This document shows positions 17,785 through 27,650 of a DNA stretch of 39,753 bases, in pieces. Below the pieces are notes generated by a model that had not been told where the DNA came from, searched no databases, and worked only from the letters and a program-made list of their open reading frames with translations. A program made the translations under genes and the position numbers. Each line of letters opens with the position of its first letter. Position 1 is the first letter of the stretch. The stretch lies in assembly GCA_007131165.1 (NCBI GenBank), contig SLRB01000262.1:1-39753 (forward strand), written 5' to 3'. This DNA comes from Bacteroidales bacterium. GTDB lineage: Bacteria; Bacteroidota; Bacteroidia; Bacteroidales; PUMT01.

Positions 17785-20217
17785 TCAGGACAACTCAGGG
17801 TATACGGACGGATCTGACCGGTGCATTATACCGTATGCCAGTTCAAACAGGTCTTCAGCACTGGGATTTGAAAAGTAGTCACCGTCAGTTGTATATGCAG
17901 TCCTGTGATCCCTGCCCGTAAGTGTCCGGGGTTCCGAATCAAGCCAGTAAAAACCACCCCTTTCTTCAATGACCTGTTGCATCATGTATGCGGTGCCCCC
18001 GCCCGGCACATCTTCGTCAAAAAAGATTATCCTGCCGGTTTTTTGAAGCGACTTTATTATCAGGTTTGGTTTATCAAAAGGCAACAACGTCTGGACATCA
18101 ATAAGTTCGGCCGAAATACCAAATTCAGCAAGTTGCTCAGCCGCCTCCAGAGCAATTCTAACGCATGACCCGTAGGTTACAACCGTAACATCATCCCCCT
18201 CCCTTAGTACTTCGGGTATACCGAGAGGTACAGAGTATTCACCGGTATTTTCCGGCTTTCTTTCTTTCAGCCGGTAACCATTAAGCGGTTCAATAACAAT
18301 AGCCGGGTCCTCCCCCTTAAGCAGCGTATTATAGAAACCGGCAGCCTGTGTCATATTTCTCGGCACACAAACATATACACCTCTTATTGAATTAATGATC
18401 ATGCTAACGGGCGATCCGGCGTGCCATATACCCTCAAGCCTGTGGCCCCTGGTCACTACTATCACCGGAGCTGACTGACCACCCCTGGTGCGATAGTGTG
18501 TTGTGGCGAGGTCATCACTGAATGTCTGCAATGCATATAAAAGATAATCGAGATATTGTATTTCAGCCACCGGCCTGAGTCCCCTGAGCGCCATCCCTAT
18601 TCCCTGGCCAAGGATAGTAGTTTCTCTTATTCCTGTGTCGGCAACGCGCAGCTCACCATATTTCTGCTGAAGTCCTTCGTATGATTGATTCACACCACCT
18701 ATATTCCCGGTATCTTCACCAAAAATAAATACCCTGGGATCCCTCCCCAGTGCAGCATCCCAAAACTCCCGCAAAATCTCCCGTCCCGGTACCAGGGGAG
18801 AGTGATCGTCATAGACAGCAGGTATACCCTGAACATTGAGTGCCGAAAATTCAGATTCGTTATATAAGTGAGTGTTGTACCTTTCAGCATTGTCTTCGCG
18901 GTTCCGCTGCAGCCAGACGGAAAGATCGCGCTGAAGCTCCTCCCTTATTTCACAATCGGCACATACATGCCGGAGTATCTTCCTTGCTGAGCTGATATTA
19001 TCTTTCCGAATAGGCGATACAATTTTTTTCAGCTCCCCGGTAACAGCACCAACTTTGTCAATTCCCTCCCTTTTGCAGATGCAGCTCCGGTTGTCAATGA
19101 TCTTCACCAGGGCATCCCTCTCAACCAGCACCGGCCTGGTATACAATCTCCATGCCTCTTTCCTTGCCTCCCTGGTTTCATCAAGCGCTTCCTTCTCCGC
19201 AGCGTCAAGATCTGAATCACCGGCAAGCCCTGATGAAATTATCCACTGACGCATTTTCACAAGCGGGTCATGATCCTTCTCCCACTGCAGGCGCCCGGGC
19301 GATTTATACCGTTCATGAGAGCCCGATGTCGAATGGCCGAGAGGCTGGGTCATCTCATCAACATGAAATACCACGGGAACATGCTCACGCCTGCAGACAT
19401 CGACACCTTCGGCAAACATCCTGCAAAGACCGGGATAATCCCATCCCCTGCCTTTCATGACAACTATTCCCGGATTGCCGTCTGTGCGCTCGAAACCCTT
19501 AAGAGCTTCCGAAATACTGTCTTTGGCAGTCTGGTACTTCCTGGGTACGGAAATTCCGTATCCATCATCCCAAATTGCCAAAGCCATTGGAACCTGAAGT
19601 ACGGCAGCCGCATTTATAGTTTCCCAGAAATGGCCTTCCGAAGTGCTTGCATCGCCAATGGTGCCGAACGCTACCTCATGGCCTTTGTTTGTAAAATTTG
19701 TAAAATGATGAAGTTCGGAGACATTCCGGAAAAGAGATGATGCACAAGCCAGTCCCAGCAGCCTGGGCATCTGACCGGCAGTGGGTGATATATCGGCCGA
19801 TGAGTTCTTCTGCTTCATAAGGTTGCGCCAGGTACCGTCGTCATTGAGGCTTTTAGTAGCAAAGTGGTTATTGAATGACCGTCCGGCGTTGGATGGATTA
19901 AGCTCAGGATCGGTCTCTCCATAAAGCTGTGAAAAAAACTCCCTGGCACTTAAAAGTCCGGCAGCCATCATAAAAGTCTGATCCCTGTAATATCCCGATC
20001 GCCAGTCACCGTTCCTGAACTGTTTCGCAAAAGCTATCTGTGCAATCTCCTTGCCATCACCAAATATCCCGAATTTGGCCTTTCCCGAAAGCACTTCCCT
20101 GCGGCCTGTTATACTCAGGTTACGGCTTAAATGTGCCAGCTTGTAATCATTGAGAACCTCTTTTTTGAAATCCTCATATGACAAGCCGGAATTGTTATCT
20201 GCCAGCCTACTTTCCAT
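17785..20217 (-). CDS. Fused alpha/beta E1 component of a thiamine-diphosphate-dependent 2-oxoacid (branched-chain-type) dehydrogenase
   Basis: 810 aa. The N-terminal half has a TPP-binding GDASTSEGHFWETINAA motif. The C-terminal half is a transketolase-like pyrimidine-binding and C-terminal domain (FGEDTG..GGV, VTYGS). Confidence 0.8.
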   Translation of the reverse strand: MESRLADNNSGLSYEDFKKEVLNDYKLAHLSRNLSITGRREVLSGKAKFGIFGDGKEIAQIAFAKQFRNGDWRSGYYRDQTFMMAAGLLSAREFFSQLYGETDPELNPSNAGRSFNNHFATKSLNDDGTWRNLMKQKNSSADISPTAGQMPRLLGLACASSLFRNVSELHHFTNFTNKGHEVAFGTIGDASTSEGHFWETINAAAVLQVPMALAIWDDGYGISVPRKYQTAKDSISEALKGFERTDGNPGIVVMKGRGWDYPGLCRMFAEGVDVCRREHVPVVFHVDEMTQPLGHSTSGSHERYKSPGRLQWEKDHDPLVKMRQWIISSGLAGDSDLDAAEKEALDETREARKEAWRLYTRPVLVERDALVKIIDNRSCICKREGIDKVGAVTGELKKIVSPIRKDNISSARKILRHVCADCEIREELQRDLSVWLQRNREDNAERYNTHLYNESEFSALNVQGIPAVYDDHSPLVPGREILREFWDAALGRDPRVFIFGEDTGNIGGVNQSYEGLQQKYGELRVADTGIRETTILGQGIGMALRGLRPVAEIQYLDYLLYALQTFSDDLATTHYRTRGGQSAPVIVVTRGHRLEGIWHAGSPVSMIINSIRGVYVCVPRNMTQAAGFYNTLLKGEDPAIVIEPLNGYRLKERKPENTGEYSVPLGIPEVLREGDDVTVVTYGSCVRIALEAAEQLAEFGISAELIDVQTLLPFDKPNLIIKSLQKTGRIIFFDEDVPGGGTAYMMQQVIEERGGFYWLDSEPRTLTGRDHRTAYTTDGDYFSNPSAEDLFELAYGIMHRSDPSVYPELS

Positions 20218-20254
20218 TGTTATCTGTTTTTCGTGATTTTATTGATAGCACCTA

Positions 20255-20262
20255 CAAATTTA
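20255..20262 (-). promoter_or_regulatory. -7 promoter box TAAATTTG (TAnnTTTG) for the E1 gene
   Basis: The plus strand reads CAAATTTA. The box is 38 nt upstream of the ATG at 20217. Confidence 0.4.
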
Positions 20263-20352
20263 ATAAGAATAATTCCAATGGTTTGTTCAAAACCCTCTGA
20301 TTAATCCTGTAATAAAACCCGCCTGCATTTTTGACTTGGCAAAGATTAGCGT

Positions 20353-20360
20353 TAAATTTG
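20353..20360 (+). promoter_or_regulatory. -7 promoter box TAAATTTG (TAnnTTTG) for the micro-protein/AI-2E permease pair
   Basis: Exact match ending 22 nt upstream of the ATG at 20383. Confidence 0.5.
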
Positions 20361-20382
20361 CAACAAGTATACCTCATGGACA

Positions 20383-20601
20383 ATGAAAGAGTATCTTCTC
20401 ATCCTGGCAACAGCCATTGTACTGATGGCATTGATATTACTGGGATTGTCGGTCAGCATGCTTCTGAAAAAGAACGGCAGGTTCCCGGTCACCTCCATTG
20501 GAAGAAACAAGGAGATGCGAAAACGCGGCATTACCTGTGTAAAACATGATGAGATGCTTTGTGAAGGTAAAGGGAAAGCCGGTGGTTCATGCTGTACCTG
20601 A
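20383..20601 (+). CDS. 72-aa single-TM, 4-Cys micro-protein; divergent paralog of the NqrM-like ORF at 21927
   Basis: It has an ATG start with its own TAnnTTTG box. An N-terminal TM is followed by LLKKNGRF. It aligns without gaps to ORF 21927..22109 over about 59 residues (shared LSV, G.F, GI.C, E..C). Cys are at positions 52, 60, 70 and 71. Confidence 0.6.
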   Translation: MKEYLLILATAIVLMALILLGLSVSMLLKKNGRFPVTSIGRNKEMRKRGITCVKHDEMLCEGKGKAGGSCCT

Positions 20602-20661
20602 AAATCCCGGCAGATCAACCGGAGGGATAAAGCCGGTTATTTACCTAAGTACAAACCCGGT

Positions 20662-21759
20662 ATGACAAATGGAAAGAAAATACTTCTGTACCCCGCTCTC
20701 ACCCTGATTGCCGTATATTTTTTATTTACCGGGCTTGTTAAGGCCGAATCTTTCCTTGTTCCGCTTATTACCGCCATGGTTCTTGCATTTCTAATGTTCC
20801 CCATAGCAAACAGACTGGAAAAATGGGGAATACCCAGGGTTCTGGCTACAATTGCATCACTTTTGATACTGATTATTGTAATCGGGACCTACGTGACAAT
20901 AATATTTTCCCAGATCAAGGGTTTTGCTGACGACTGGGAGGAAATTCAGGTCAGGCTGGAGGAAACAATTGATGAAATATCAGAATATCTTATTGAAAAT
21001 ACACCCCTTGAAAAGGAGCACTTAAATATTTATACCCGCGATGATGATAAAAACAGGCAGGATGATGGAATTCCTCAAAATCCCGGCAATCATCGCCGGC
21101 AAGCATTAACCATGATGGGTGCCCTGTTTGGCTTTCTGACCCAGACGCTGATCATTATTGTATATATATTTCTGATTATTCATTTCAGACACAGGTTCAG
21201 GGAGTTTATCCTTAGATTCTTCCCTCAAAAAAAGCGGGAAGAAGTAGCCGGTATAATTTCAACATCATCTTCAGTGAGCAGAAGGTATCTGGCAGGCAAA
21301 TTATTGCTGATGGTTTTTCTTACCATTTTGTATTTTACGGGCCTTATAATTTCCGGGCTGGAAAACGCCTTGCTAATCAGCTTATTAGCTGCTGCACTAT
21401 CTATTATACCTGTTGTAGGCAATTTTATAGGGTATTGTCTTGCCCTCGCAGTGAGCCTGGTTACCACCGGGGGTATGGGAGCACTTATAGGGATTACCCT
21501 GACCTTTGCCATTGCACAGATTATCGACACCTATATTCTCCAGCCAATTGTACTTGGGCCCAAATTGGATGTTCACCCCTTCTTTATAATTCTTTCAGTC
21601 ATACTCGGATATGAAATATGGGGGATTATGGGAATGGTGCTTTCTATTCCGGTATTCGCGATGATCACGGTTGTTTGCCGCCATGTTCCGGCACTACACC
21701 CTTTCGGGTACCTTTTTAGCAAGGGTAGTGTTGACAGCCCCCGGGATAAACAGGAATAG
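20662..21759 (+). CDS. AI-2E family transporter (PerM/YdiK/TqsA, UPF0118) permease
   Basis: 365 aa with about 8 TM segments and a long polar loop after TM3, which is the typical AI-2E family layout. The C-terminal core has IPVVG and IxQPIVLG-like motifs. Confidence 0.75.
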   Translation: MTNGKKILLYPALTLIAVYFLFTGLVKAESFLVPLITAMVLAFLMFPIANRLEKWGIPRVLATIASLLILIIVIGTYVTIIFSQIKGFADDWEEIQVRLEETIDEISEYLIENTPLEKEHLNIYTRDDDKNRQDDGIPQNPGNHRRQALTMMGALFGFLTQTLIIIVYIFLIIHFRHRFREFILRFFPQKKREEVAGIISTSSSVSRRYLAGKLLLMVFLTILYFTGLIISGLENALLISLLAAALSIIPVVGNFIGYCLALAVSLVTTGGMGALIGITLTFAIAQIIDTYILQPIVLGPKLDVHPFFIILSVILGYEIWGIMGMVLSIPVFAMITVVCRHVPALHPFGYLFSKGSVDSPRDKQE

Positions 21760-21926
21760 CAATTCGCCATAGCTGGATCCACAGAAACTGATACCTGACG
21801 AATATCAGGGAATATTCAAACAATTGTTCACGACAAGTGTTATATAAATTAAAAGGGTTGGCTTTTAGCTGTCATGATAAAGCCGCTTCCAGCATATGAT
21901 GATCAATAACCCCGGTAATAAATAAT

Positions 21927-22109
21927 ATGGAAATACTAAACCTCATACTCATAACACTTGTTTTGGTGATGATTGCCGTTGGAGCACTCTCGGTGAGGCT
22001 TTTGTTTGTCAGAGACGGGAAATTTTCAGGAGGTTCATGCAGAAGCACCCCCGGCCTTGACCAAAAAGGTATAAAATGCGGATGTGGGAGAGAGGAGCCG
22101 TGCGACTAA
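21927..22109 (+). CDS. nqrM: (Na+)-NQR maturation factor NqrM (DUF539-like): single TM helix plus four Cys
   Basis: 60 aa. The TM helix is followed by GGSC...KCGCGREEPCD, with Cys at 38, 51, 53 and 59. This matches the published NqrM description (one TM, four conserved Cys). It lies next to apbE and the nqr operon. Confidence 0.7.
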   Translation: MEILNLILITLVLVMIAVGALSVRLLFVRDGKFSGGSCRSTPGLDQKGIKCGCGREEPCD

Positions 22110-22113
22110 ACGG

Positions 22114-23118
22114 TTACCTCCTGATCATATCTTTTATCCCATCGGTATGGGCAACAGCCGACATCCCGTTAATATCATAGATAAAGTAGGCCTCTATATC
22201 CGGATGGGATGATGCAAATTCCATACTCTCCTCAAGGCCCATTACCATAAACGCTGTTGCAAAAGCGTCGGCATCCATGGCTGTCGTGGTAACAACCGTG
22301 GCACTCAAAAGATTATGCCTTACGGGGTAGCCGGTGGAAGGGTCAATGGTATGGGCAAACCGCTGGCCGTCTTCAATGTAAAACCTCCGGTAATTGCCTG
22401 ATGTTGCGAGTGACGCGCCAGTTAAGTGAAGCACCTCCTGGAGCTCCCTGGACATGGCTGCCGGGTCGTCAACAGGCTTGTCTATTCCAATACGCCAGAG
22501 CTGGTCGTTCCGGTTGGTCCCTTTTACGCGTATCTCTCCCCCGACCTCTATCATATAATCGTTTATTCCCCTGGAATCAAAAAACCGGGCAACGACATCA
22601 ACCGTGTATCCTTTTGCAATGGCATTCATATCGAGCATTATCCTCTCATCATCTTTCACGATTAGCCCATCTTCAAGGCGCACTTTATGCCAGCCCGTGA
22701 AACCAAGAATACTGTCAACAAGCTCCGGCGTAATGTTTTCCCTTTCTGTAAACCCAAAGCCCCAGGCATTGACAAGAGGACCTACGGTTATATCAAAAGC
22801 ACCGCCGGTCTTTTCGGATATCTCCATTGCCCTTTCGAAAACGGCAACAAAATAATCATCGGGTCTGATCCCGGGTTCGCTGCGGTTTACTGCCGATATG
22901 ACCGAGCCGGGATTATAGATTGACATGGAATTGTCTATATACGCGAACAATTCCTTTATATCTTCATGATAATCAATCGAGTCGGGGGAATTATAGGCAA
23001 TATAATAGCTCGTCCCCTGGGTAAAGCCGTCGAGATACAGAAATGCCCTTTCACCTCCGTTATGGCAGGAGCTGAGAAAAACAACCGCAATAAAAACAAA
23101 TGAAATCCTATTTATCAT
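22114..23118 (-). CDS. apbE: FAD:protein FMN transferase (flavin transferase) ApbE, lipoprotein
   Basis: Lipobox FLSSC. Motifs are [14 protein letters not shown] and ATSGNYRRF...[10 protein letters not shown]. Its start overlaps the nqrF stop (ATGA). Confidence 0.9.
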   Translation of the reverse strand: MINRISFVFIAVVFLSSCHNGGERAFLYLDGFTQGTSYYIAYNSPDSIDYHEDIKELFAYIDNSMSIYNPGSVISAVNRSEPGIRPDDYFVAVFERAMEISEKTGGAFDITVGPLVNAWGFGFTERENITPELVDSILGFTGWHKVRLEDGLIVKDDERIMLDMNAIAKGYTVDVVARFFDSRGINDYMIEVGGEIRVKGTNRNDQLWRIGIDKPVDDPAAMSRELQEVLHLTGASLATSGNYRRFYIEDGQRFAHTIDPSTGYPVRHNLLSATVVTTTAMDADAFATAFMVMGLEESMEFASSHPDIEAYFIYDINGMSAVAHTDGIKDMIRR

Positions 23119-24371
23119 CCTCCAAAATCATCAAATTCAACCATTTCATCAGGCACACCCAGATCATAAAGCATCTTCATGACAGCATCATTCATCATAG
23201 GTGGTCCGCACAGGTAATATTCAATATCATCAGGATCTTCGTGCCTGCTCAGATAATTATCGTAAACCACCTGGTGGATAAAGCCCGTGTAACCATCCCA
23301 GTTATCCTCGGGCTTGGGCTCGGACAGAGCAATGTTAAAAGAGAAGTTCGGGAACTCCTTTTCAATTTTCCTGAAATCTTCTTCATAAAACACCTCCCTC
23401 AGCGAGCGGGCACCGTACCAGTATGACACCTTCCTGCCGGTTTTCATGGTATGGAACAGATGGAATATGTGCGATCTCAGGGGTGCCATACCGGCTCCGC
23501 CACCAATATATACCATCTCATTATCCGTATCCTTTATAAAGAACTCTCCATAGGGACCCGATATTGTAACCTTGTCACCCGGCTTCCTCGAAAAAATATA
23601 GGACGAACATATTCCCGGATTTACATCCATGAAAGCACCTTTTGCCCTGTCCCAGGGTGGGGTCGCGATCCGTATATTCAGCATTATGATGTTACCCTCC
23701 GCAGGATGGTTGGCCATTGAGTAGGCCCGGTAGGTAGGTTCGGAGTTTTTCATCTTCAGGTCCCACATGTTGAACTGGTCCCATTCGTCACGAAAATTTT
23801 CCTCCACATCAATATCTTTAAAATCAACCTCAACTTTGGGAACATCAATCTGAATATAACCGCCCGACCTGAAATCAAGATCCTCGCCTTCTGGAAGCTT
23901 AACTACAAACTCCTTTATAAATGTAGCAACGTTTTTGTTACTGACAACCTCACACTCCCACTTTCTTATCCCCATAACTTCTTCAGGAACCTTGATCTTC
24001 ATATCCTCCCTGATCTTCACCTGGCAACCCAGCCTCCACTTCTCCATCTGTTCCCGTCTGGTAAAAAAGTCCTTTTCGGTCGGCAGTATAGACCCGCCTC
24101 CTTCAACAACCTGGCACTTGCACATACCACATGTTCCTCCGCCGGCACATGCAGAAGGCAGGTAGATACTGTTATCTGAAAGCGTTGAGAGAACAGTTGA
24201 TCCCGGGTTGACTGTCAGTTCTTTCTCTTCATTGATAGTAAGCTTTACTTCTCCTGAAGGAGTCAGTTTGGATTTTGCGTAGAGCAGAACCGATACAAAG
24301 GTCAGTATAACCAGATAGAAGACGGCAATGCTGATTATTATAACTAATCCCGGTGATGCTGATAATATCAT
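23115..24371 (-). CDS. nqrF: Na+-translocating NADH:quinone oxidoreductase subunit F
   Basis: N-terminal TM, 2Fe-2S motif [15 protein letters not shown] motif RAYSMAN, and an NADH-binding domain GGGAGMAP. Confidence 0.95.
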   Translation of the reverse strand: MILSASPGLVIIISIAVFYLVILTFVSVLLYAKSKLTPSGEVKLTINEEKELTVNPGSTVLSTLSDNSIYLPSACAGGGTCGMCKCQVVEGGGSILPTEKDFFTRREQMEKWRLGCQVKIREDMKIKVPEEVMGIRKWECEVVSNKNVATFIKEFVVKLPEGEDLDFRSGGYIQIDVPKVEVDFKDIDVEENFRDEWDQFNMWDLKMKNSEPTYRAYSMANHPAEGNIIMLNIRIATPPWDRAKGAFMDVNPGICSSYIFSRKPGDKVTISGPYGEFFIKDTDNEMVYIGGGAGMAPLRSHIFHLFHTMKTGRKVSYWYGARSLREVFYEEDFRKIEKEFPNFSFNIALSEPKPEDNWDGYTGFIHQVVYDNYLSRHEDPDDIEYYLCGPPMMNDAVMKMLYDLGVPDEMVEFDDFGG

Positions 24372-24405
24372 TTTTGTTTTCTTTAATTTTGTGTTAACGC
24401 CTGTA

Positions 24406-25023
24406 TTACAAACTTATCCCCATAAAGCTCATAAATGCTATACCCATAAGCCCGGTAACAATAAAAGTAATCCCCAGTCCGCGCAACGGCCCCGGCACAT
24501 TTGAGTACCTGATCTTTTCACGTATTGCCGCGATACCGACAATGGCAAGATAAAACCCTGCACCCGAACCCAGTCCGAATGACGCAGCCTCGGCAATATT
24601 GGCATACTCTCTTTCCTGCATAAACAGAGATCCGCCCAGTATTGCACAGTTAACAGCAATAAGCGGCAGGAATATACCAAGCGAGGAGTAGAGGGCGGGA
24701 GCAAATTTTTCAACCGTCATCTCCACGAGCTGCACCATAGATGCAATAACCGCTATAAACATGATAAAACTGAGAAAGCTCAGGTCGACTGTTTCAAACC
24801 CGGAGCCAATCCAGGCCATTGCTCCGGCACTCAGAAAGTAGTTTTCAATGAGATAGTTAACCGGGACGGTTATCCCCAAAACAAAAACCACCGCAATTCC
24901 CAGTCCGTTAGCGGTACTCACGGTTTTAGACACTGCCAGGTATGAGCACATGCCCAGAAAATAGGCAAACACCATGTTGTCTATGAACACCGACCTTACG
25001 AATATATTTATCAATCCTTCCAT
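24406..25023 (-). CDS. nqrE: Na+-NQR subunit E
   Basis: 205 aa with 6 TM. The conserved Cys contexts GMCSYLAV and AVNCAILGG are present. Confidence 0.93.
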   Translation of the reverse strand: MEGLINIFVRSVFIDNMVFAYFLGMCSYLAVSKTVSTANGLGIAVVFVLGITVPVNYLIENYFLSAGAMAWIGSGFETVDLSFLSFIMFIAVIASMVQLVEMTVEKFAPALYSSLGIFLPLIAVNCAILGGSLFMQEREYANIAEAASFGLGSGAGFYLAIVGIAAIREKIRYSNVPGPLRGLGITFIVTGLMGIAFMSFMGISL

Positions 25024-25035
25024 ACTTCCGGTAAT

Positions 25036-25689
25036 TTATTTAGATTCAATAAGTTTCCTGTTCCGGGATCTTTGCACCCATATGATGACCCCGACCGTTA
25101 TCAGGGCCATAGGGGGCAATATCATAAACCCGTTGTTCTCATAACCGATATTGAACAGCCCGAGCTTCTCCATTACAGGGTAATCCCACAAGGTTCCCGA
25201 ACCAAGAAGCTCCCTGAAAAAAGCAACAACGATAAGTATCCAGCCATATCCTGCTGCATTGCCTATCCCGTCAAGGAAAGACGGCCACACCCTGTTTCCC
25301 AGTGCAAATGCCTCAAGTCTTCCCATAATGATACAGTTGGTTATTATCAGCCCAACGAATACAGAAAGCTGCCTGCTCACGTCATAAAGGAATGCCTTTA
25401 AAACCTGGTCAACCAGGATAACGAGCGAAGCTATCACCACAAGCTGTACAATGATCCTTATTCTGGATGGAATAGTTTTCCGGAGCAGCGATATTATAAC
25501 GTTCGCCGCACCCATAACCGCAACCACGGCAACAGCCAGCACAACAGCCGGCTCAAGCTTCACGGTAACTGCCAGTGCCGAACATATCCCGAGAACCTGA
25601 ACGGTTATAGGATTCTCGTCGTTCAGGGGTGTACTTAAGAGTTTTATGTTCTTTGCCGAAAACATCGGCTCCTTTTCCGTTTTACTCAT
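25036..25689 (-). CDS. nqrD: Na+-NQR subunit D
   Basis: 217 aa. The conserved Cys contexts GICSALAV and TNCIIMGR are present. Confidence 0.93.
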   Translation of the reverse strand: MSKTEKEPMFSAKNIKLLSTPLNDENPITVQVLGICSALAVTVKLEPAVVLAVAVVAVMGAANVIISLLRKTIPSRIRIIVQLVVIASLVILVDQVLKAFLYDVSRQLSVFVGLIITNCIIMGRLEAFALGNRVWPSFLDGIGNAAGYGWILIVVAFFRELLGSGTLWDYPVMEKLGLFNIGYENNGFMILPPMALITVGVIIWVQRSRNRKLIESK

Positions 25690-25691
25690 CG

Positions 25692-26417
25692 CTAAATATT
25701 TTTCCGGTTTTCTAAATATCTTTTGTAACTGCCCAGTACATCATACAGCATCTCCTCAACGCCCTTGCTGGTAATGGTCCCGCCCGAAATACCGTCTACG
25801 TTATGGTCGCCGGGGGGAACAGTACCTGGCTTTGTTATTCTGACAGACACGAATTCACCCTCGTCGTCAAACAGTTTTTTCCCCCTGAACCGCTCTTCAA
25901 AGAAGGGTGCGCTGATCTCTGCTCCCAATCCGGGAGTCTCACTCTCGTGGTCTAAAATAACGCCGAAAATCGTATTAAAGTCATCCTCGAGCGCAACATA
26001 CCCGAAAAGCGGCCCCCATAAGCCTCTTCCGTGGACAGGGAAAATATAATTCTCGCGGCCGTCGTCATCTCTTGCGACAAATACAGGCAGGTTGCGCTCC
26101 TCAAGCGGTTTGCGCATCTCGTCCCTCATATTTACGGCAAACGCATCAACATCCTCCTGTCTTTCACCAAGATAATCTATAACGTAACTATCTACTATGT
26201 ATCTTTCATATTCCTCTTCCACATAAGCATTCCGGTCGCGCACTTCTGATACCTGTTCGGCTTTATCTACGCTTCTCAAAATATCAAGCTTTTTGGCTAT
26301 CTCAATATTCAGCTCCTGGTAGGGCCTCAGGACCGTTGCAACCACCGAAAGCACGGCCGCTACAATGACAACCATTGCCGAGGAGTAAAGGAAAATATAG
26401 GTGTTACTCTGCTTCAT
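25692..26417 (-). CDS. nqrC: Na+-NQR subunit C (covalent FMN)
   Basis: 241 aa with an N-terminal TM and the flavinylation motif DGISGGT. Confidence 0.92.
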   Translation of the reverse strand: MKQSNTYIFLYSSAMVVIVAAVLSVVATVLRPYQELNIEIAKKLDILRSVDKAEQVSEVRDRNAYVEEEYERYIVDSYVIDYLGERQEDVDAFAVNMRDEMRKPLEERNLPVFVARDDDGRENYIFPVHGRGLWGPLFGYVALEDDFNTIFGVILDHESETPGLGAEISAPFFEERFRGKKLFDDEGEFVSVRITKPGTVPPGDHNVDGISGGTITSKGVEEMLYDVLGSYKRYLENRKNI

Positions 26418-26430
26418 TGCTCGTTATGTT

Positions 26431-27597
26431 TTATTTATTTGTACCTGCTGCGGCCCTCTTAAGCCTTCGTCTTATATTTGCCTGCATCACGTTATGGTCT
26501 ATCAGGGGTGCAAACACATTCATAAACAGGATGGCCAGCATCATCCCTTCAGGGTAGGCAGGATTGAGGACCCTGATGAGAATAGCCAGGAAGCCAACAA
26601 GGAACCCGTAAATGTACTTACCCCGCTCTGTTTGTGAAGCAGTTACAGGGTCGGTTGCCATATAAACCGCACCAAAGGCAAATCCACCCATGATCAGGTG
26701 CTCCCAGGCCGGGATCTCCATAAACGGATTAACAGCAAAAATATTAAGGATAAATCCCATAACCAGTCCACCGGCAAATACCGACGCCATGATCTTCATG
26801 CTCCCCACACCTGTAACCCACAATATGAGTCCTCCTATAAGTATTGCCAGGGCAGAGGTTTCGCCTATCGAACCGGGTATAGTACCGAGGAACATAGACA
26901 TTGATGAGGGGATAGCCTCAACATTCCCAAGAGAAGCACTGGCAAGCGGCGTAGCCCCGGAAAAACCGTCAACTATTCCCTCGCCCCGCAGAAGTCCGCT
27001 AATCCAGACATAATCGCCCGACATATAGGTGGGATATGCAAAAAACAAAAAAGCCCGTGCCGTGAGTGCAGGGTTCAGTATGTTCATGCCGGTGCCGCCG
27101 AAAACTTCCTTGCCTATAATTACGGCAAAGACTGTGGCAACCGAAACCATCCATAGGGGAATATCCACCGGAACGATCAGCGGTATAAGCATGCCGGTAA
27201 CAAGAAATCCCTCATTGACCTCATGCCCCCTTATCTGTGCAAAGATGAACTCAACGGCAAGACCGCTCACATAGGAAACAACAACAATCGGCAGAACCTT
27301 TACCAGTCCGTGCAGAAATTCCTGCCAGAACCCCGCATCAACTCCCGTAGCTACAAAATGCTGGTATCCAACGTTCCACATCCCGAACAGAAGTGTTGGG
27401 ATCATTGCAACCACAACAATAATCATGGTTCTTTTCATATCGATGCTGTCACGTATATGAGCCCCCCTTGATGTGACCCTGTCGGGTACGAACAGAAAGG
27501 TCTCAAATGCATCAAATGTTGAGTGCAGCATCTCAAATCGGCCGCCCTTCTGAAAGTGTGGCTTTATTTTATCAATCTGTTTTCTGATTAACTTCAC
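26431..27597 (-). CDS. nqrB: Na+-NQR subunit B (covalent FMN)
   Basis: 388 aa with flavinylation motif DGFSGAT. The only in-frame start after the upstream stop that keeps the conserved N-terminus is the GTG at 27597. Confidence 0.92.
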   Translation of the reverse strand: MKLIRKQIDKIKPHFQKGGRFEMLHSTFDAFETFLFVPDRVTSRGAHIRDSIDMKRTMIIVVVAMIPTLLFGMWNVGYQHFVATGVDAGFWQEFLHGLVKVLPIVVVSYVSGLAVEFIFAQIRGHEVNEGFLVTGMLIPLIVPVDIPLWMVSVATVFAVIIGKEVFGGTGMNILNPALTARAFLFFAYPTYMSGDYVWISGLLRGEGIVDGFSGATPLASASLGNVEAIPSSMSMFLGTIPGSIGETSALAILIGGLILWVTGVGSMKIMASVFAGGLVMGFILNIFAVNPFMEIPAWEHLIMGGFAFGAVYMATDPVTASQTERGKYIYGFLVGFLAILIRVLNPAYPEGMMLAILFMNVFAPLIDHNVMQANIRRRLKRAAAGTNK

Positions 27598-27650
27598 TTG
27601 TTATTTGGTTTGTTTTGTCAATATCGTTTTAAAGTTCCCGTACAAACTTG

